Source: an uncultured Bacteroidaceae bacterium (GTDB lineage Bacteria > Bacillota > Clostridia > Christensenellales > CAG-917). From it: a stretch of DNA of 64,000 nucleotides. Where the stretch lies: the NCBI GenBank assembly GCA_964637515.1, contig CAZWUI010000001.1, positions 121,019 through 185,018 on the forward strand. Reading direction: 5' to 3'. The translations under genes and the position numbers were made by a program. The notes under the pieces are model-generated. The model was not told the origin of the DNA, searched no databases, and was given only the letters and a program-made list of their open reading frames with translations. Positions 10,619-19,727 of this stretch are shown here, in pieces. Position 1 is the first letter of the stretch. Every line of letters begins with the position of its first letter.

Positions 10619-10649
10619 AAAAAACTTATGCTTATTGCATAAGTTTTTT
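10619..10649. terminator. AT-rich hairpin / bidirectional terminator
   Basis: AAAAAACTTATGC-TTATT-GCATAAGTTTTTT between convergent genes. Confidence 0.6.
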
Positions 10650-10664
10650 CATAGACAAAAGTCG

Positions 10665-11369
10665 TCAGGCGGTGGGGGATTGGTAGGCGTATTCGGCGAC
10701 GGCTTTTGCGATTGTGTAAGCGATGCGGTGGCGGTATTCGTCGTCAAGAAAATTTTTCTCGTCGTCGGGATTGGACAAAAATCCGCATTCTACGATGATT
10801 GCGGGTGCGGGGGATTCCCGAAGAATATACTTGTCGGCGGTGAGTGCGTAATATTCCCTTTTCACGTCGGGGAGATTGAATTGTTCGTTTAGTCGCGACT
10901 GCACAACGGAGGCAAAGAGTGCGCTCTCATCCGACGATTTGGCGTAGAAAACCTGTGCGCCTCTGCGCAACGACGACGAATAAGTATTCATATGCAAACT
11001 TACGACCGCAAGCGGATTAGCCTTTTTGATGATACGCAACCTTTCTTCCATATCCGAGCGTTTTTTGAACTTTCCGCCGACAAGTGCGCCGAAGTTTTTT
11101 CTTGTTTGAACGACCTCAAAACCCATACCCTTCAAATACTCACCGACGGTTTTCGACATATAAAGATTTATTTCGCTCTCTTTAACCCCCGTTTTCGCAC
11201 CGATGACACCGCCGTCCTCACCGCCGTGTCCCGCGTCTACGACGACGACTTTTGCCTGTGCCCTACTCATGCTAACGCTTGCTACGACCGGCGCAACTGC
11301 TGACAAAATCACCGCTGCGACCGCCAAAATTACCGCTATTCCCCTTTCGCCGACCTTGATTTTATGCAT
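10665..11369 (-). CDS. cwlD: N-acetylmuramoyl-L-alanine amidase (Amidase_3, CwlD-like)
   Basis: TM anchor, VDAGHGGEDGG, E.EINL, SLHMN, GAQVFY, IVECGFLSN; start codon uncertain. Confidence 0.8.
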   Translation of the reverse strand: MHKIKVGERGIAVILAVAAVILSAVAPVVASVSMSRAQAKVVVVDAGHGGEDGGVIGAKTGVKESEINLYMSKTVGEYLKGMGFEVVQTRKNFGALVGGKFKKRSDMEERLRIIKKANPLAVVSLHMNTYSSSLRRGAQVFYAKSSDESALFASVVQSRLNEQFNLPDVKREYYALTADKYILRESPAPAIIVECGFLSNPDDEKNFLDDEYRHRIAYTIAKAVAEYAYQSPTA

Positions 11370-11429
11370 AACGCAATATGAATATTGTTTCAAGCGAAAA
11401 TATATTCACTTTGGTATAAAAATTCAGAG

Positions 11430-11485
11430 TTGTGCACAAAGTTATCCACATTTTTCGAGGATTTTGTGGACAACTCTGTGGATTA
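11430..11485. promoter_or_regulatory. Cluster of four DnaA-box-like 9-mers
   Basis: TTGTGCACA 11430, TTATCCACA 11442 (perfect), TGTGGACAA 11465, TGTGGATTA 11477. Confidence 0.75.
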
Positions 11486-11596
11486 ACGCGAATTTTTTGG
11501 GACAATAGAATCATATAATCCAAGCGCACGTGCGCAAAAAAGTGCGTATTTTCGTCCGATTTTTAGCGTTAAAACTGCGTTTGCGATTACTTCCGC

Positions 11597-11625
11597 TCAT
11601 ACACACGCTTTTTCGGGCATATATT
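11597..11625 (+). promoter_or_regulatory. SigE-type (mother-cell sporulation) promoter
   Basis: TCATA-16-CATATATT upstream of GAGGTGG SD. Confidence 0.6.
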
Positions 11626-11642
11626 TTCGAGAGGTGGCTACT

Positions 11643-12536
11643 ATGATTTCTTTTTCCGATTTACACGGCAAAACCGTTTTGGCAAAATCCGACTGCTCGC
11701 TCGTCGGCAAAATCAAGAACGTATTTTTTGACGAATATTGCAAAAAAATTGCATATTTTTCAACCGACGGAGATACCCCCCTTCTCATCCCACCGTGCGA
11801 CGTAAAATGCGTCCGCGACGTCGTCGTCCTTGACGATAGGATTTCCCTTCAAACCCTTGGAGACGTGGATGCGACAACTCTGATTCTTGCGGTTGGTAAA
11901 TGCGTATACACCCCTTTCGGAGTGTCAAAAGGAATAATCACGGACTGCGTTTTCGATGAGAAAGGCAAAATCGCAACCTTTCAAACGGATTCGCGCGAAA
12001 TCTCTCCCGTCGAAATCAAGGGAGTCGGGGACGTAGTCGTCCTGAAAGAAAACAAAAAACCTCGCAAGAAAAAAGTTGATTTCTCTTCTCTTGCAAGCGA
12101 AAACGTTACCGTCACCGCACTCAGCACGGACGACGACTCAACAAAAAACTCAAATTCAAGCGGAATAGGCGTTGAGAGTGCGCCAATATTCGGCGGCTCC
12201 GTCAACCTTGCAAAGAATGAGAGCGGTATAGTCGTCCGCTCTTCTACGCAATCGGGAAACGAAAACGGCGGTATTTCTCTCTCTCCTGCCGAAATGGAAA
12301 ACGACGGCGGAGCGGTCATTCCGCAGCAAACCATCAACGTGAGTGTCGGGAGCGGATTTATCCCTCCGCGTATTATCGCGGACTACAACTTCCTTTTGGG
12401 ACGGACTTTGACAAACGACCTGACCACCTATGCGGGTGAATTGATTGCAAACAAAAACACTTTCGTCACAATCGACGTTGTCGAAAAAGCAAGAGCAAAC
12501 GGCAAACTTCTCGACTTGACGCTCAACTCAAAATGA
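11643..12536 (+). CDS. Tandem PRC-barrel domain protein (sporulation-associated)
   Basis: SDLHGKTV...VGKIKNVFFD; second repeat VGKCVYTPFGVSKGIITDCVFD; C-terminal FLLGRTL..DL. Confidence 0.75.
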   Translation: MISFSDLHGKTVLAKSDCSLVGKIKNVFFDEYCKKIAYFSTDGDTPLLIPPCDVKCVRDVVVLDDRISLQTLGDVDATTLILAVGKCVYTPFGVSKGIITDCVFDEKGKIATFQTDSREISPVEIKGVGDVVVLKENKKPRKKKVDFSSLASENVTVTALSTDDDSTKNSNSSGIGVESAPIFGGSVNLAKNESGIVVRSSTQSGNENGGISLSPAEMENDGGAVIPQQTINVSVGSGFIPPRIIADYNFLLGRTLTNDLTTYAGELIANKNTFVTIDVVEKARANGKLLDLTLNSK

Positions 12537-13936
12537 AAAAAGCTCTTCTTCTTTCACTTGCGATATGCCTATCCGCCTGCCTGCTTGCACTCACCGCTTG
12601 CAATGACGGCGGTGAGATATCCACGACTACTATCCCCTGTTACGACTTGCAATTATCCTACGACGGCGGCAACGTCGTTACGTTTTCAGAGACCGTGATT
12701 TTCACTTTGACAGACAACGCAGACGACGTGAAACTGCACCTATACCCAAACGCTTTTTCGTCTACTGCAACCGCCCCTATCCAAAAAGAAGAATGGGACA
12801 AAGTTACGGTCTTTGGCGGAATAACGGTTTTATCAGTCAAAATTAATCGGATAAACTACGATTTTGAAATTTCAGGCAAAGACGATACTATCTTGACGAT
12901 ACCGCGTACGGTAACGAAAGGCGAAAGCGTGGACTTGTCGATTTCGGGTGTCGTATCTCTTCCCGACTGCACCGCGCGTTTTGGCAAAAACGATTTGACG
13001 ACAAACCTGACCGGATTTTATCCCGTTCTGTGCGCACGCAAAAACGGTGAGTGGCTCGACGACGGTTACGCGCCTGTCGGAGACCCTTTTTGTCTTGAAG
13101 CTGCGGACTACTATGTGGCGGTTGACTATCCGTCGTCCTTGGTTTTGGCAGCTCCCGCACGTAGCGAAACAACAACCGAAAACGGAGTGAATACTACGGT
13201 TATAACTGCGGAGCGCATACGAGATTTCGCACTCGTTTTCTCCCCGCATTTCAAGATTTCATCCGCAACGACTACGGGCGGAGTGCAGGTAAATTGTTTC
13301 TCGTTGGATGAGAATTTTCGTTTTCTCGACGTGGCGGTCAAGGCTATCGAAACCTTCTCGTCCGCCTTTGGGGAATACCCCTACGACACCTATACTATCG
13401 TTAGTGCGCCCATAAATTCTGGGGGCATGGAATACGGGGCGTTTGCTATCCTATCTCCCCTTGCAAACGCAGATGTCGTAGTCCACGAAACCGCTCATCA
13501 GTGGTGGTATAACGTCGTCGGAAACGACCAAGTCAGAGAGAGTTGGCTCGACGAAGGCTTGACGGAATTTTCAACTGCGTACTTCTATTCCCTGATTGGT
13601 CGGGACGATCTGTATTCGGACTTCGTCGCGGACGCACGGAAAACATACTCTCAATGGAAAGCGTCCGCACCTACGCTATCTATGACAAGCGACGTATATT
13701 CGCAGGAGGAAAACGACTACGTTATGCTCGCCTACGTCAAAGGGATTATGCTCTTCGACACCCTGCGCACCCTGCTCGGAGATGAAAAACTACTCTCCGC
13801 CCTATCTGCATACTACTGCGACAACGCTTATGAAATCGCGACTGCGGACGACTTGATTTGCGCATTCGACGGAGTGGATATAAACACGGGCGGAATCATC
13901 CGCGCGTTTTTGCAAGGGAAAGAAATAGTCTTTTGA
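12533..13936 (+). CDS. M1-family metallopeptidase, lipoprotein
   Basis: Lipobox LTAC; GGMEY; HETAHQWW-x-WLDEG; AYVKG. Confidence 0.9.
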   Translation: MKKALLLSLAICLSACLLALTACNDGGEISTTTIPCYDLQLSYDGGNVVTFSETVIFTLTDNADDVKLHLYPNAFSSTATAPIQKEEWDKVTVFGGITVLSVKINRINYDFEISGKDDTILTIPRTVTKGESVDLSISGVVSLPDCTARFGKNDLTTNLTGFYPVLCARKNGEWLDDGYAPVGDPFCLEAADYYVAVDYPSSLVLAAPARSETTTENGVNTTVITAERIRDFALVFSPHFKISSATTTGGVQVNCFSLDENFRFLDVAVKAIETFSSAFGEYPYDTYTIVSAPINSGGMEYGAFAILSPLANADVVVHETAHQWWYNVVGNDQVRESWLDEGLTEFSTAYFYSLIGRDDLYSDFVADARKTYSQWKASAPTLSMTSDVYSQEENDYVMLAYVKGIMLFDTLRTLLGDEKLLSALSAYYCDNAYEIATADDLICAFDGVDINTGGIIRAFLQGKEIVF

Positions 13937-13960
13937 TTTTGGTGGTTTTCTTGATACAAT

Positions 13961-13996
13961 AAAAAACACGCTACTCGGTCGGAGTAGCGTGCTTTA
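13961..13996. terminator. Bidirectional intrinsic terminator
   Basis: CACGCTACTC-GGTCG-GAGTAGCGTG flanked by A and T runs. Confidence 0.8.
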
Positions 13997-14009
13997 TAAT
14001 TTGGTGATT

Positions 14010-15611
14010 TTACTTCAAAGAGTTGAGAAGTGCAAAGTTTTTCTTGTTGGATTTGTACAAACTCTTGAACACTTCGAAGCCCTTGTCGTAGACTTCCGCT
14101 TTGATTTTGAGGTCGGGAGTGAACGTCTTGCGGACGGGAATAAACTCTTTGACTTTCTCGAAGTCGGGAATGAGCCCCAAACCGATACCCGCACATGCCG
14201 CCGCACCGACTGCACCGACGTTTTGAGGACTGTTGACCGTTTCAACGGTGTGTCCCGTGATGTCCGCAAGGAGTTGGCAAGTGAAATCGTCAAGTGCGCC
14301 ACCGCCTACGAAACGAATCTTTTCGGAGGGTTTGACCTTCTTCGCAGATGCTTCGAGCATCCAACGTTTGTGGTAGCATACGCCTTCAAGGACTGCACGA
14401 ATGAGTTCGGTTTTGCCCGTTTCAAGAGAAATGTTGAAGAACATTCCGCGTGCGTTGGGGTCTTCGAATGGGCATCTGTTGCCGTGGAGCCACGGAGTGA
14501 AGATAACACCACCGCTTCCCGCGGGTGCATCGTCAACGATGGTGGTCATGTATTGATAGAGATTGAGGTATCTCTTTTCGATGTCGTCGGTGATATGTTT
14601 CTTTTCGATATAGATGCCGACTTCGTCGAGAGCGATATGGTCTTTCACCCATTCAAGACACTTGCCCGAAGTTTCGAGTTCCGCAAAATAGTTATACTTG
14701 CCGGGTTGAGCTGCGACGACTGCCGCAATCATAGTCGTTACGTCAACGGCGGGTTTGTCTGTTATCGTGCCAATCCAACCGGAAGTTCCGCTATAAACGT
14801 GGGTATCGCCGAGAGCGGTGCTACCTGCGCCGACGCCGATAAGGTTTGCATCCATACCACCGCCGTACACCTTGATGCCGGGGACGAGTCCGAGCTCTTT
14901 CGCCGCTTTTTCGGAAAGAGTGCCTGCGCAATCGGTGGATGAGATGAGTCTGGGCATATGTTCGACGTTCACGCCGAAGGACTTGCAAACGGTCTTTGAG
15001 AAACGTTTGTTCTTGTAGTCGTACATGAGAGTGCCGAATGCGCTATCGTAAGTCATGACAAATTCGCCCGTCATTCTGCAGATGAGATATTCCTTGACGT
15101 CGAGCCATTTGTGGACTTTCTTGAAGTTGTCGGGTTCGTGTTTTTTCACCCAATTATATTTCCAAACGGGGTCCTTGACGGACACGGGCGCCGCACTAGT
15201 AACGATGAGTGCAGGAATAATTTTGCGAATGTTGCCGAGTCCCGGAATTTGAAGACCAAATTGGATGCCTTCCTTTATTTCTTGAACTGCGCGTTGATCC
15301 ATATAACTGAAAGCGCGACGAATTGCGTTGCCGTCCTTGTCAACGAGAACGAGTCCTTGTGCTTGAGAGCAGAAAGAAATGCCTTCGACTTTGTCGGGAG
15401 TTACGTCGGTTTTCGAGAAAATCGTAGCGGTTGTCGAGCGCATAGCCTCCCACCATTCGTCAGGATCTTGCTCCGCTCCGCCGTTGTCGAGAACGTAAAG
15501 GTTGTAGCCTTCGCTTGCCGCGGCAAGCATTTTAATATCCTTGTCGATTTCAAAAAGACAAGTTTTCACGCCGGTTGTACCAATGTCATATGCGACGACG
15601 TATTTGCTCAT
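14010..15611 (-). CDS. FGGY-family (xylulokinase-like) kinase
   Basis: YDIGTTGVK, AEQDPDEWW, GGMD, SGTSGW, FTPWLHGNRCP, RAVLEGV, GGGA. Confidence 0.9.
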   Translation of the reverse strand: MSKYVVAYDIGTTGVKTCLFEIDKDIKMLAAASEGYNLYVLDNGGAEQDPDEWWEAMRSTTATIFSKTDVTPDKVEGISFCSQAQGLVLVDKDGNAIRRAFSYMDQRAVQEIKEGIQFGLQIPGLGNIRKIIPALIVTSAAPVSVKDPVWKYNWVKKHEPDNFKKVHKWLDVKEYLICRMTGEFVMTYDSAFGTLMYDYKNKRFSKTVCKSFGVNVEHMPRLISSTDCAGTLSEKAAKELGLVPGIKVYGGGMDANLIGVGAGSTALGDTHVYSGTSGWIGTITDKPAVDVTTMIAAVVAAQPGKYNYFAELETSGKCLEWVKDHIALDEVGIYIEKKHITDDIEKRYLNLYQYMTTIVDDAPAGSGGVIFTPWLHGNRCPFEDPNARGMFFNISLETGKTELIRAVLEGVCYHKRWMLEASAKKVKPSEKIRFVGGGALDDFTCQLLADITGHTVETVNSPQNVGAVGAAACAGIGLGLIPDFEKVKEFIPVRKTFTPDLKIKAEVYDKGFEVFKSLYKSNKKNFALLNSLK

Positions 15612-15766
15612 AATCTACCTCTCGTATACATTTTGAATAATAATATTATAAGACATACTTTATTAGTTGTAAATAAGGAATTTTCGGCGGTTTGTCGGAA
15701 ATAGTCGACAAAATCCAAAATTTGTTATGAAATCAAAAAATATTTCAAAAATTTTTGCAAAAACTA

Positions 15767-15794
15767 TTGACATTCGCCACAGACGTGTTATTAT
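15767..15794 (+). promoter_or_regulatory. Sigma-A promoter of hsp20
   Basis: TTGACA-16-TATTAT with TG extension. Confidence 0.7.
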
Positions 15795-15795
15795 A

Positions 15796-15822
15796 TTAGC
15801 AGTCGATGGGCGAGAGTGCTAA
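15796..15822 (+). promoter_or_regulatory. CIRCE element (HrcA operator)
   Basis: TTAGCAGTC-N9-GAGTGCTAA, one mismatch to consensus. Confidence 0.9.
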
Positions 15823-15841
15823 CAAACGATAAGACTGTTTG

Positions 15842-15868
15842 CCAACACTCAACCGCTAAAAGTGCTAA
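15842..15868 (+). promoter_or_regulatory. Second, degenerate CIRCE
   Basis: CCAACACTC-N9-AAGTGCTAA. Confidence 0.55.
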
Positions 15869-15893
15869 AACCCTGACGCAAAGGAGTATGACT

Positions 15894-16313
15894 ATGAAAA
15901 CCTATATCACCAAATACAATAACAATAACGCTATCGACAATTTCTTTTCTGATGCGCTCGACGGTTTCTTCCGTCCCCTTTTCTACGACGAGAAGTTCGA
16001 CAGCATGAGGACCGACATCAAGGAAAACGACAACGACTATACTCTCGAAGTCGAACTCCCCGGCTTTGAAAAGAAGGACATCACTCTCGACTACGAAAAC
16101 GAATACGTAACAATCAGAGCGGAAAAGGATGAAAAAGAAAGCAAACACAACTATATCCGCAAAGAAAGAAGCGTGTCTTGCCAAAGAAGTTACTACGTGG
16201 GCGACATCGATGAAACCCAAATCAAAGCGAGCTACGTGAACGGTATTCTTTCGGTCACTATCCCCAAGGAAGAGCGCAAGAAGCCCGCAAAACACGGCAT
16301 TGACATCGAATAA
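15894..16313 (+). CDS. Hsp20/alpha-crystallin small heat-shock protein
   Basis: MRTDIKE..YTLEVELPGFEK.DI, ASYVNGILSVTIPK; AAGGAG SD; CIRCE upstream. Confidence 0.95.
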   Translation: MKTYITKYNNNNAIDNFFSDALDGFFRPLFYDEKFDSMRTDIKENDNDYTLEVELPGFEKKDITLDYENEYVTIRAEKDEKESKHNYIRKERSVSCQRSYYVGDIDETQIKASYVNGILSVTIPKEERKKPAKHGIDIE

Positions 16314-16397
16314 AAGAAAAAACGCACGAGTTTTTAACTAAACGTTAATCTACTTATGCAAAACTAATAACGTTCTCTCCATAATAATATCCCTATG

Positions 16398-16427
16398 AAA
16401 AAGGCGTCCGTTCGCGGGCGCTTTTTT
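16398..16427 (+). terminator. Intrinsic terminator of hsp20
   Basis: GGCGTCCG-TTCG-CGGGCGCT followed by a T run. Confidence 0.85.
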
Positions 16428-16446
16428 CTTTTTGAAAATTTCAGTC

Positions 16447-16475
16447 TTTACAAACCGCCGTCAAGTTTGTAAAAT
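16447..16475 (+). promoter_or_regulatory. Sigma-A promoter overlapped by a perfect 9-9-9 palindrome
   Basis: TTTACA-17-TAAAAT; TTTACAAAC-N9-GTTTGTAAA. Confidence 0.6.
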
Positions 16476-16502
16476 AATATTAGAAATCATTGAGAGGTCG
16501 CT

Positions 16503-18125
16503 ATGAAACGAAACGGCATGTGCCCTATTTGCTATCTCCGCAACGCACTCTTCGGCGCGAAACGTGTCGCGGACGTCCCCGAAATCCCCGACTACGACAA
16601 CGGAGTCCGAAAAACTCCCCTTATGGGTTGGTCGAGTTGGAATACTTTCAGGGGTAATATCACCGAGGACCTTATCTACGACACCGCAAAAGCGATGGTG
16701 GATAAAGGTCTTGCGGATGCAGGATACCAATACGTCAACGTGGACGATTGTTGGCAGTCGAACAACCGCGACGAAAACGGAAATCTCGTCGGGGATTATA
16801 TCAATTTTGCATCGGGCATCCCCGCTCTCGTTCAAAAAGTCAACTCTCTCGGTCTGAAATTGGGACTTTATTCGTCGAACGGCACTCTGACTTGCGAAGA
16901 TTTGCCCGCATCCCTAAACCGCGAAAATATCGACGCATACACGATCGCAAAGTGGGGCGCGGAATATTTCAAATACGACTTCTGCCACAATGTTCCCCTG
17001 CCTATCTACGCACCCCTTGTCTACGGCATAACCGTCGCACCGCTCGGGAGCAAGGATGGCACTTTCTACTCCTGCTCGAACGGCATAGTTTCGGGGCTTG
17101 CAAGGTTTATGGACTGTTCGCACGTGGACGGCGGAAGATACGTTTCCGGTCTCGACGCAGGCAAAGGCACTCTCACTTTCCAAAACGTCGTCGCAGAAAA
17201 GGACGGGCAGTATTCCTTGACTGTCAATATCTTCAAAAAGGGACAATATGAAAAATATCTCGTGGTCGAAGTCAACGGCGAAACCCACGAAATCGAATTC
17301 CCCTCCCAAAAACACTACAACTACACCGCGCGTTTCCAAACGGTCGTCAATCTCAAAAAGGGCGCGAATACGGTGAAACTCTACAACCCCGTCGCAAACA
17401 AGCAGGATAGCACGATACTTCTCTATCGCCGTATGGCAAACGCTCTCAAAGTCGCAACGAGAAAAGTCGCGGACGAAAACGACACCGAAAACAAACCTAT
17501 CCTTTTCTCAATCTGCGAATGGGGATTCAACAAACCGTACGAATGGGGACGGACGGCGGGCAATATGTGGCGCACCACTCCCGACATACGCCCGATATGG
17601 ATATGGATAAAACTCATCTACGAGCATAACGTGAAACTATACAAATACTCTCGTCCCGCGCACTTCAACGACCCGGATATGCTCGAAGTCGGCAACGGCA
17701 AACTCACACATACGCAAAACTCTTCGCACTTTGCGTTGTGGTGTTTCATGAATGCACCGCTCGTGCTTGGCAACGACCTGCGCAAAATGTCGGACAGCGT
17801 GAAAGAAATCGTGACGAACAAAGGACTCATCGCAATCAATCAGGACGAGGCGGGCAAACAGGCAAAACGTGTGAAAAAAGGTTTCGTGGACGTGCTTGCA
17901 AAACCCCTTGCGGACGGCTCGACCGCAGTGTGTTTCTTCAACAAAGTTGGCGGAAAAAAGAAGGTGCGCTTCGACTTGTCAACGCTTAAATCCGACGACT
18001 ACGTCAACGCAAAATTCGGCGCAAATCCCACGATTATCCAAGTCCTTGGGAACGTGAGTTTGGACGGCACGACCGCCCGCGCAACGCTTGAAAAAGACGC
18101 GGTTGCCGCGTTTATAATAAAATAA
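16503..18125 (+). CDS. GH27 alpha-galactosidase with internal CBM35/CBM6-like insertion
   Basis: TPLMGWSSWN, NVDDCWQ, KYDFC, FSICEWG, WRTTPDI, NDPDMLEVG. Confidence 0.92.
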   Translation: MKRNGMCPICYLRNALFGAKRVADVPEIPDYDNGVRKTPLMGWSSWNTFRGNITEDLIYDTAKAMVDKGLADAGYQYVNVDDCWQSNNRDENGNLVGDYINFASGIPALVQKVNSLGLKLGLYSSNGTLTCEDLPASLNRENIDAYTIAKWGAEYFKYDFCHNVPLPIYAPLVYGITVAPLGSKDGTFYSCSNGIVSGLARFMDCSHVDGGRYVSGLDAGKGTLTFQNVVAEKDGQYSLTVNIFKKGQYEKYLVVEVNGETHEIEFPSQKHYNYTARFQTVVNLKKGANTVKLYNPVANKQDSTILLYRRMANALKVATRKVADENDTENKPILFSICEWGFNKPYEWGRTAGNMWRTTPDIRPIWIWIKLIYEHNVKLYKYSRPAHFNDPDMLEVGNGKLTHTQNSSHFALWCFMNAPLVLGNDLRKMSDSVKEIVTNKGLIAINQDEAGKQAKRVKKGFVDVLAKPLADGSTAVCFFNKVGGKKKVRFDLSTLKSDDYVNAKFGANPTIIQVLGNVSLDGTTARATLEKDAVAAFIIK

Positions 18126-18143
18126 TATAAGGGAGAAAAAACT

Positions 18144-19724
18144 ATGACTACGCTTCTCAAAAACGGATTCATCGTTGACGGCACGGGTGGAAAACCCTAC
18201 GTTGGCGACGTTCTCATTGACGGCAACAAAATTGCAAAAATAGGAGTTAATCTTGACGTTTCAGCAGATAAAACCGTTGATTGTACAGGTTTGACCATTG
18301 CGCCGGGATTTATCGACGCCCACTCTCACAACGACTTCTTCTACGATTATCCGAATGCGGAAGACTACTATAAGCCTTTCATCAGACAGGGTATCACCAC
18401 CCAAATCACAGGCAACTGCGGTTTTTCTCCTTTCGGAATTGCGGACGATAGCAAGTATAAAGACAAGGTCGGCGGTGGACTATTCCACGCGAAAAACCCC
18501 GGCTCTTTTAAGGCATTTGTGAACGAGGCGAAAGGCAAACTCTACGTCAATATGATTCCCCTTGTCGGACACGGCACAACGAGAATCAGCATATCCGGTT
18601 ACAACCCCGAACCGCTCTCCAAACAACAAATCGCGGAAGAAATGAAACTAGTGGACGAAGCAATGGAAAACGGTGCTTTCGGCGGAAGTTTCGGTTTCAT
18701 GTACGAACCCGGTATGTATGCGAAAAAAGACGAACTCGTTGCCTTTGCATCCGAAATCGCAAAGTACGACGGTATCGTTACGGTGCACCCCCGCGCCTGC
18801 TCGAAAGTCGCTCTCGGCTATCCCCTAATCTCGAAACCGCATATCGAAATCGCTCTCGACGAAGTCATCGACATCATGGAGCAATCGAAGTGCAAAATGG
18901 AATATAGTCACCTTATCTTCACGGGCACTGCGTCTTGGCCCAGCGTCGAACCTATGCTCAAAAAATTCCACGACTACAACAAGAAAGGATATAAGATTGC
19001 ATACGACAACTACGCATTCACTTACGGCGCATCCGTCATCACGATAGTCATGCCCCCTTGGTATATGGCACTCGACAAAAAGGACCGCAAAAAGCCTATC
19101 AATCTTCTCAAACTGCGCATAATGACCTATCTAACCAAGAAACTTCTCGGACTCGATTTCTGCGACTTCACGGTTGCATATATCGGCAAAGGCTATGAGA
19201 AATACGAAGGCCGTATCGTGTCCGATATCGCAAAAGAAGAAGGACTTTCAGACTTCGATATGTATCTCAAACTCGTGGATTTGAGCGACGGTCAAGGCAG
19301 ACTCTATCTCGACAAATACTACAACGACGAAATCATCAACCGCCTTATGACAGACGACTTGTCCATATTCATGACGGACGCTTGGCTTGAAGAAAGCGGT
19401 ACTCAAAACGGCTCGACCTACCAATGCTTCCCCTACTTCCTCGTGCGCGCACGCAACAATAATATACCCCTTGAAAGCGTGGTCCGCAAGATGACGGGCG
19501 CAACGGCGGATAGATTTGAAATTCCCGAGCGCGGTTATCTCAAAGAAGGATATTACGCAGATGTTACGATTTTCGACTACGACGGCGTAAAAGTGGACGT
19601 CAAACGCCCCGACGCAAACCCCGACGGTATCGAATATGTTTTCGTCAACGGCGAAGCGGTCGTGGAAAAGGGAGACTACAAGACTCACACCGCAGGCGAA
19701 ATCGTCCTGAAAAAGCGTGTGTAA
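18144..19724 (+). CDS. N-acyl-D-amino-acid deacylase-like amidohydrolase
   Basis: GFIVDGTG, APGFIDAHSH, QGITT..GNCG, RKMTG..A..F, GYYADVTIFD, VFVNG. Confidence 0.88.
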   Translation: MTTLLKNGFIVDGTGGKPYVGDVLIDGNKIAKIGVNLDVSADKTVDCTGLTIAPGFIDAHSHNDFFYDYPNAEDYYKPFIRQGITTQITGNCGFSPFGIADDSKYKDKVGGGLFHAKNPGSFKAFVNEAKGKLYVNMIPLVGHGTTRISISGYNPEPLSKQQIAEEMKLVDEAMENGAFGGSFGFMYEPGMYAKKDELVAFASEIAKYDGIVTVHPRACSKVALGYPLISKPHIEIALDEVIDIMEQSKCKMEYSHLIFTGTASWPSVEPMLKKFHDYNKKGYKIAYDNYAFTYGASVITIVMPPWYMALDKKDRKKPINLLKLRIMTYLTKKLLGLDFCDFTVAYIGKGYEKYEGRIVSDIAKEEGLSDFDMYLKLVDLSDGQGRLYLDKYYNDEIINRLMTDDLSIFMTDAWLEESGTQNGSTYQCFPYFLVRARNNNIPLESVVRKMTGATADRFEIPERGYLKEGYYADVTIFDYDGVKVDVKRPDANPDGIEYVFVNGEAVVEKGDYKTHTAGEIVLKKRV

Positions 19725-19727
19725 AAA

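Noticed and set aside
10516-10620. A/C-rich low-complexity stretch after nagA
   Set aside because: Similar A/C-rich 3' UTRs occur elsewhere (e.g. 59795-59845 on the minus strand); no repeat unit or credible ORF.
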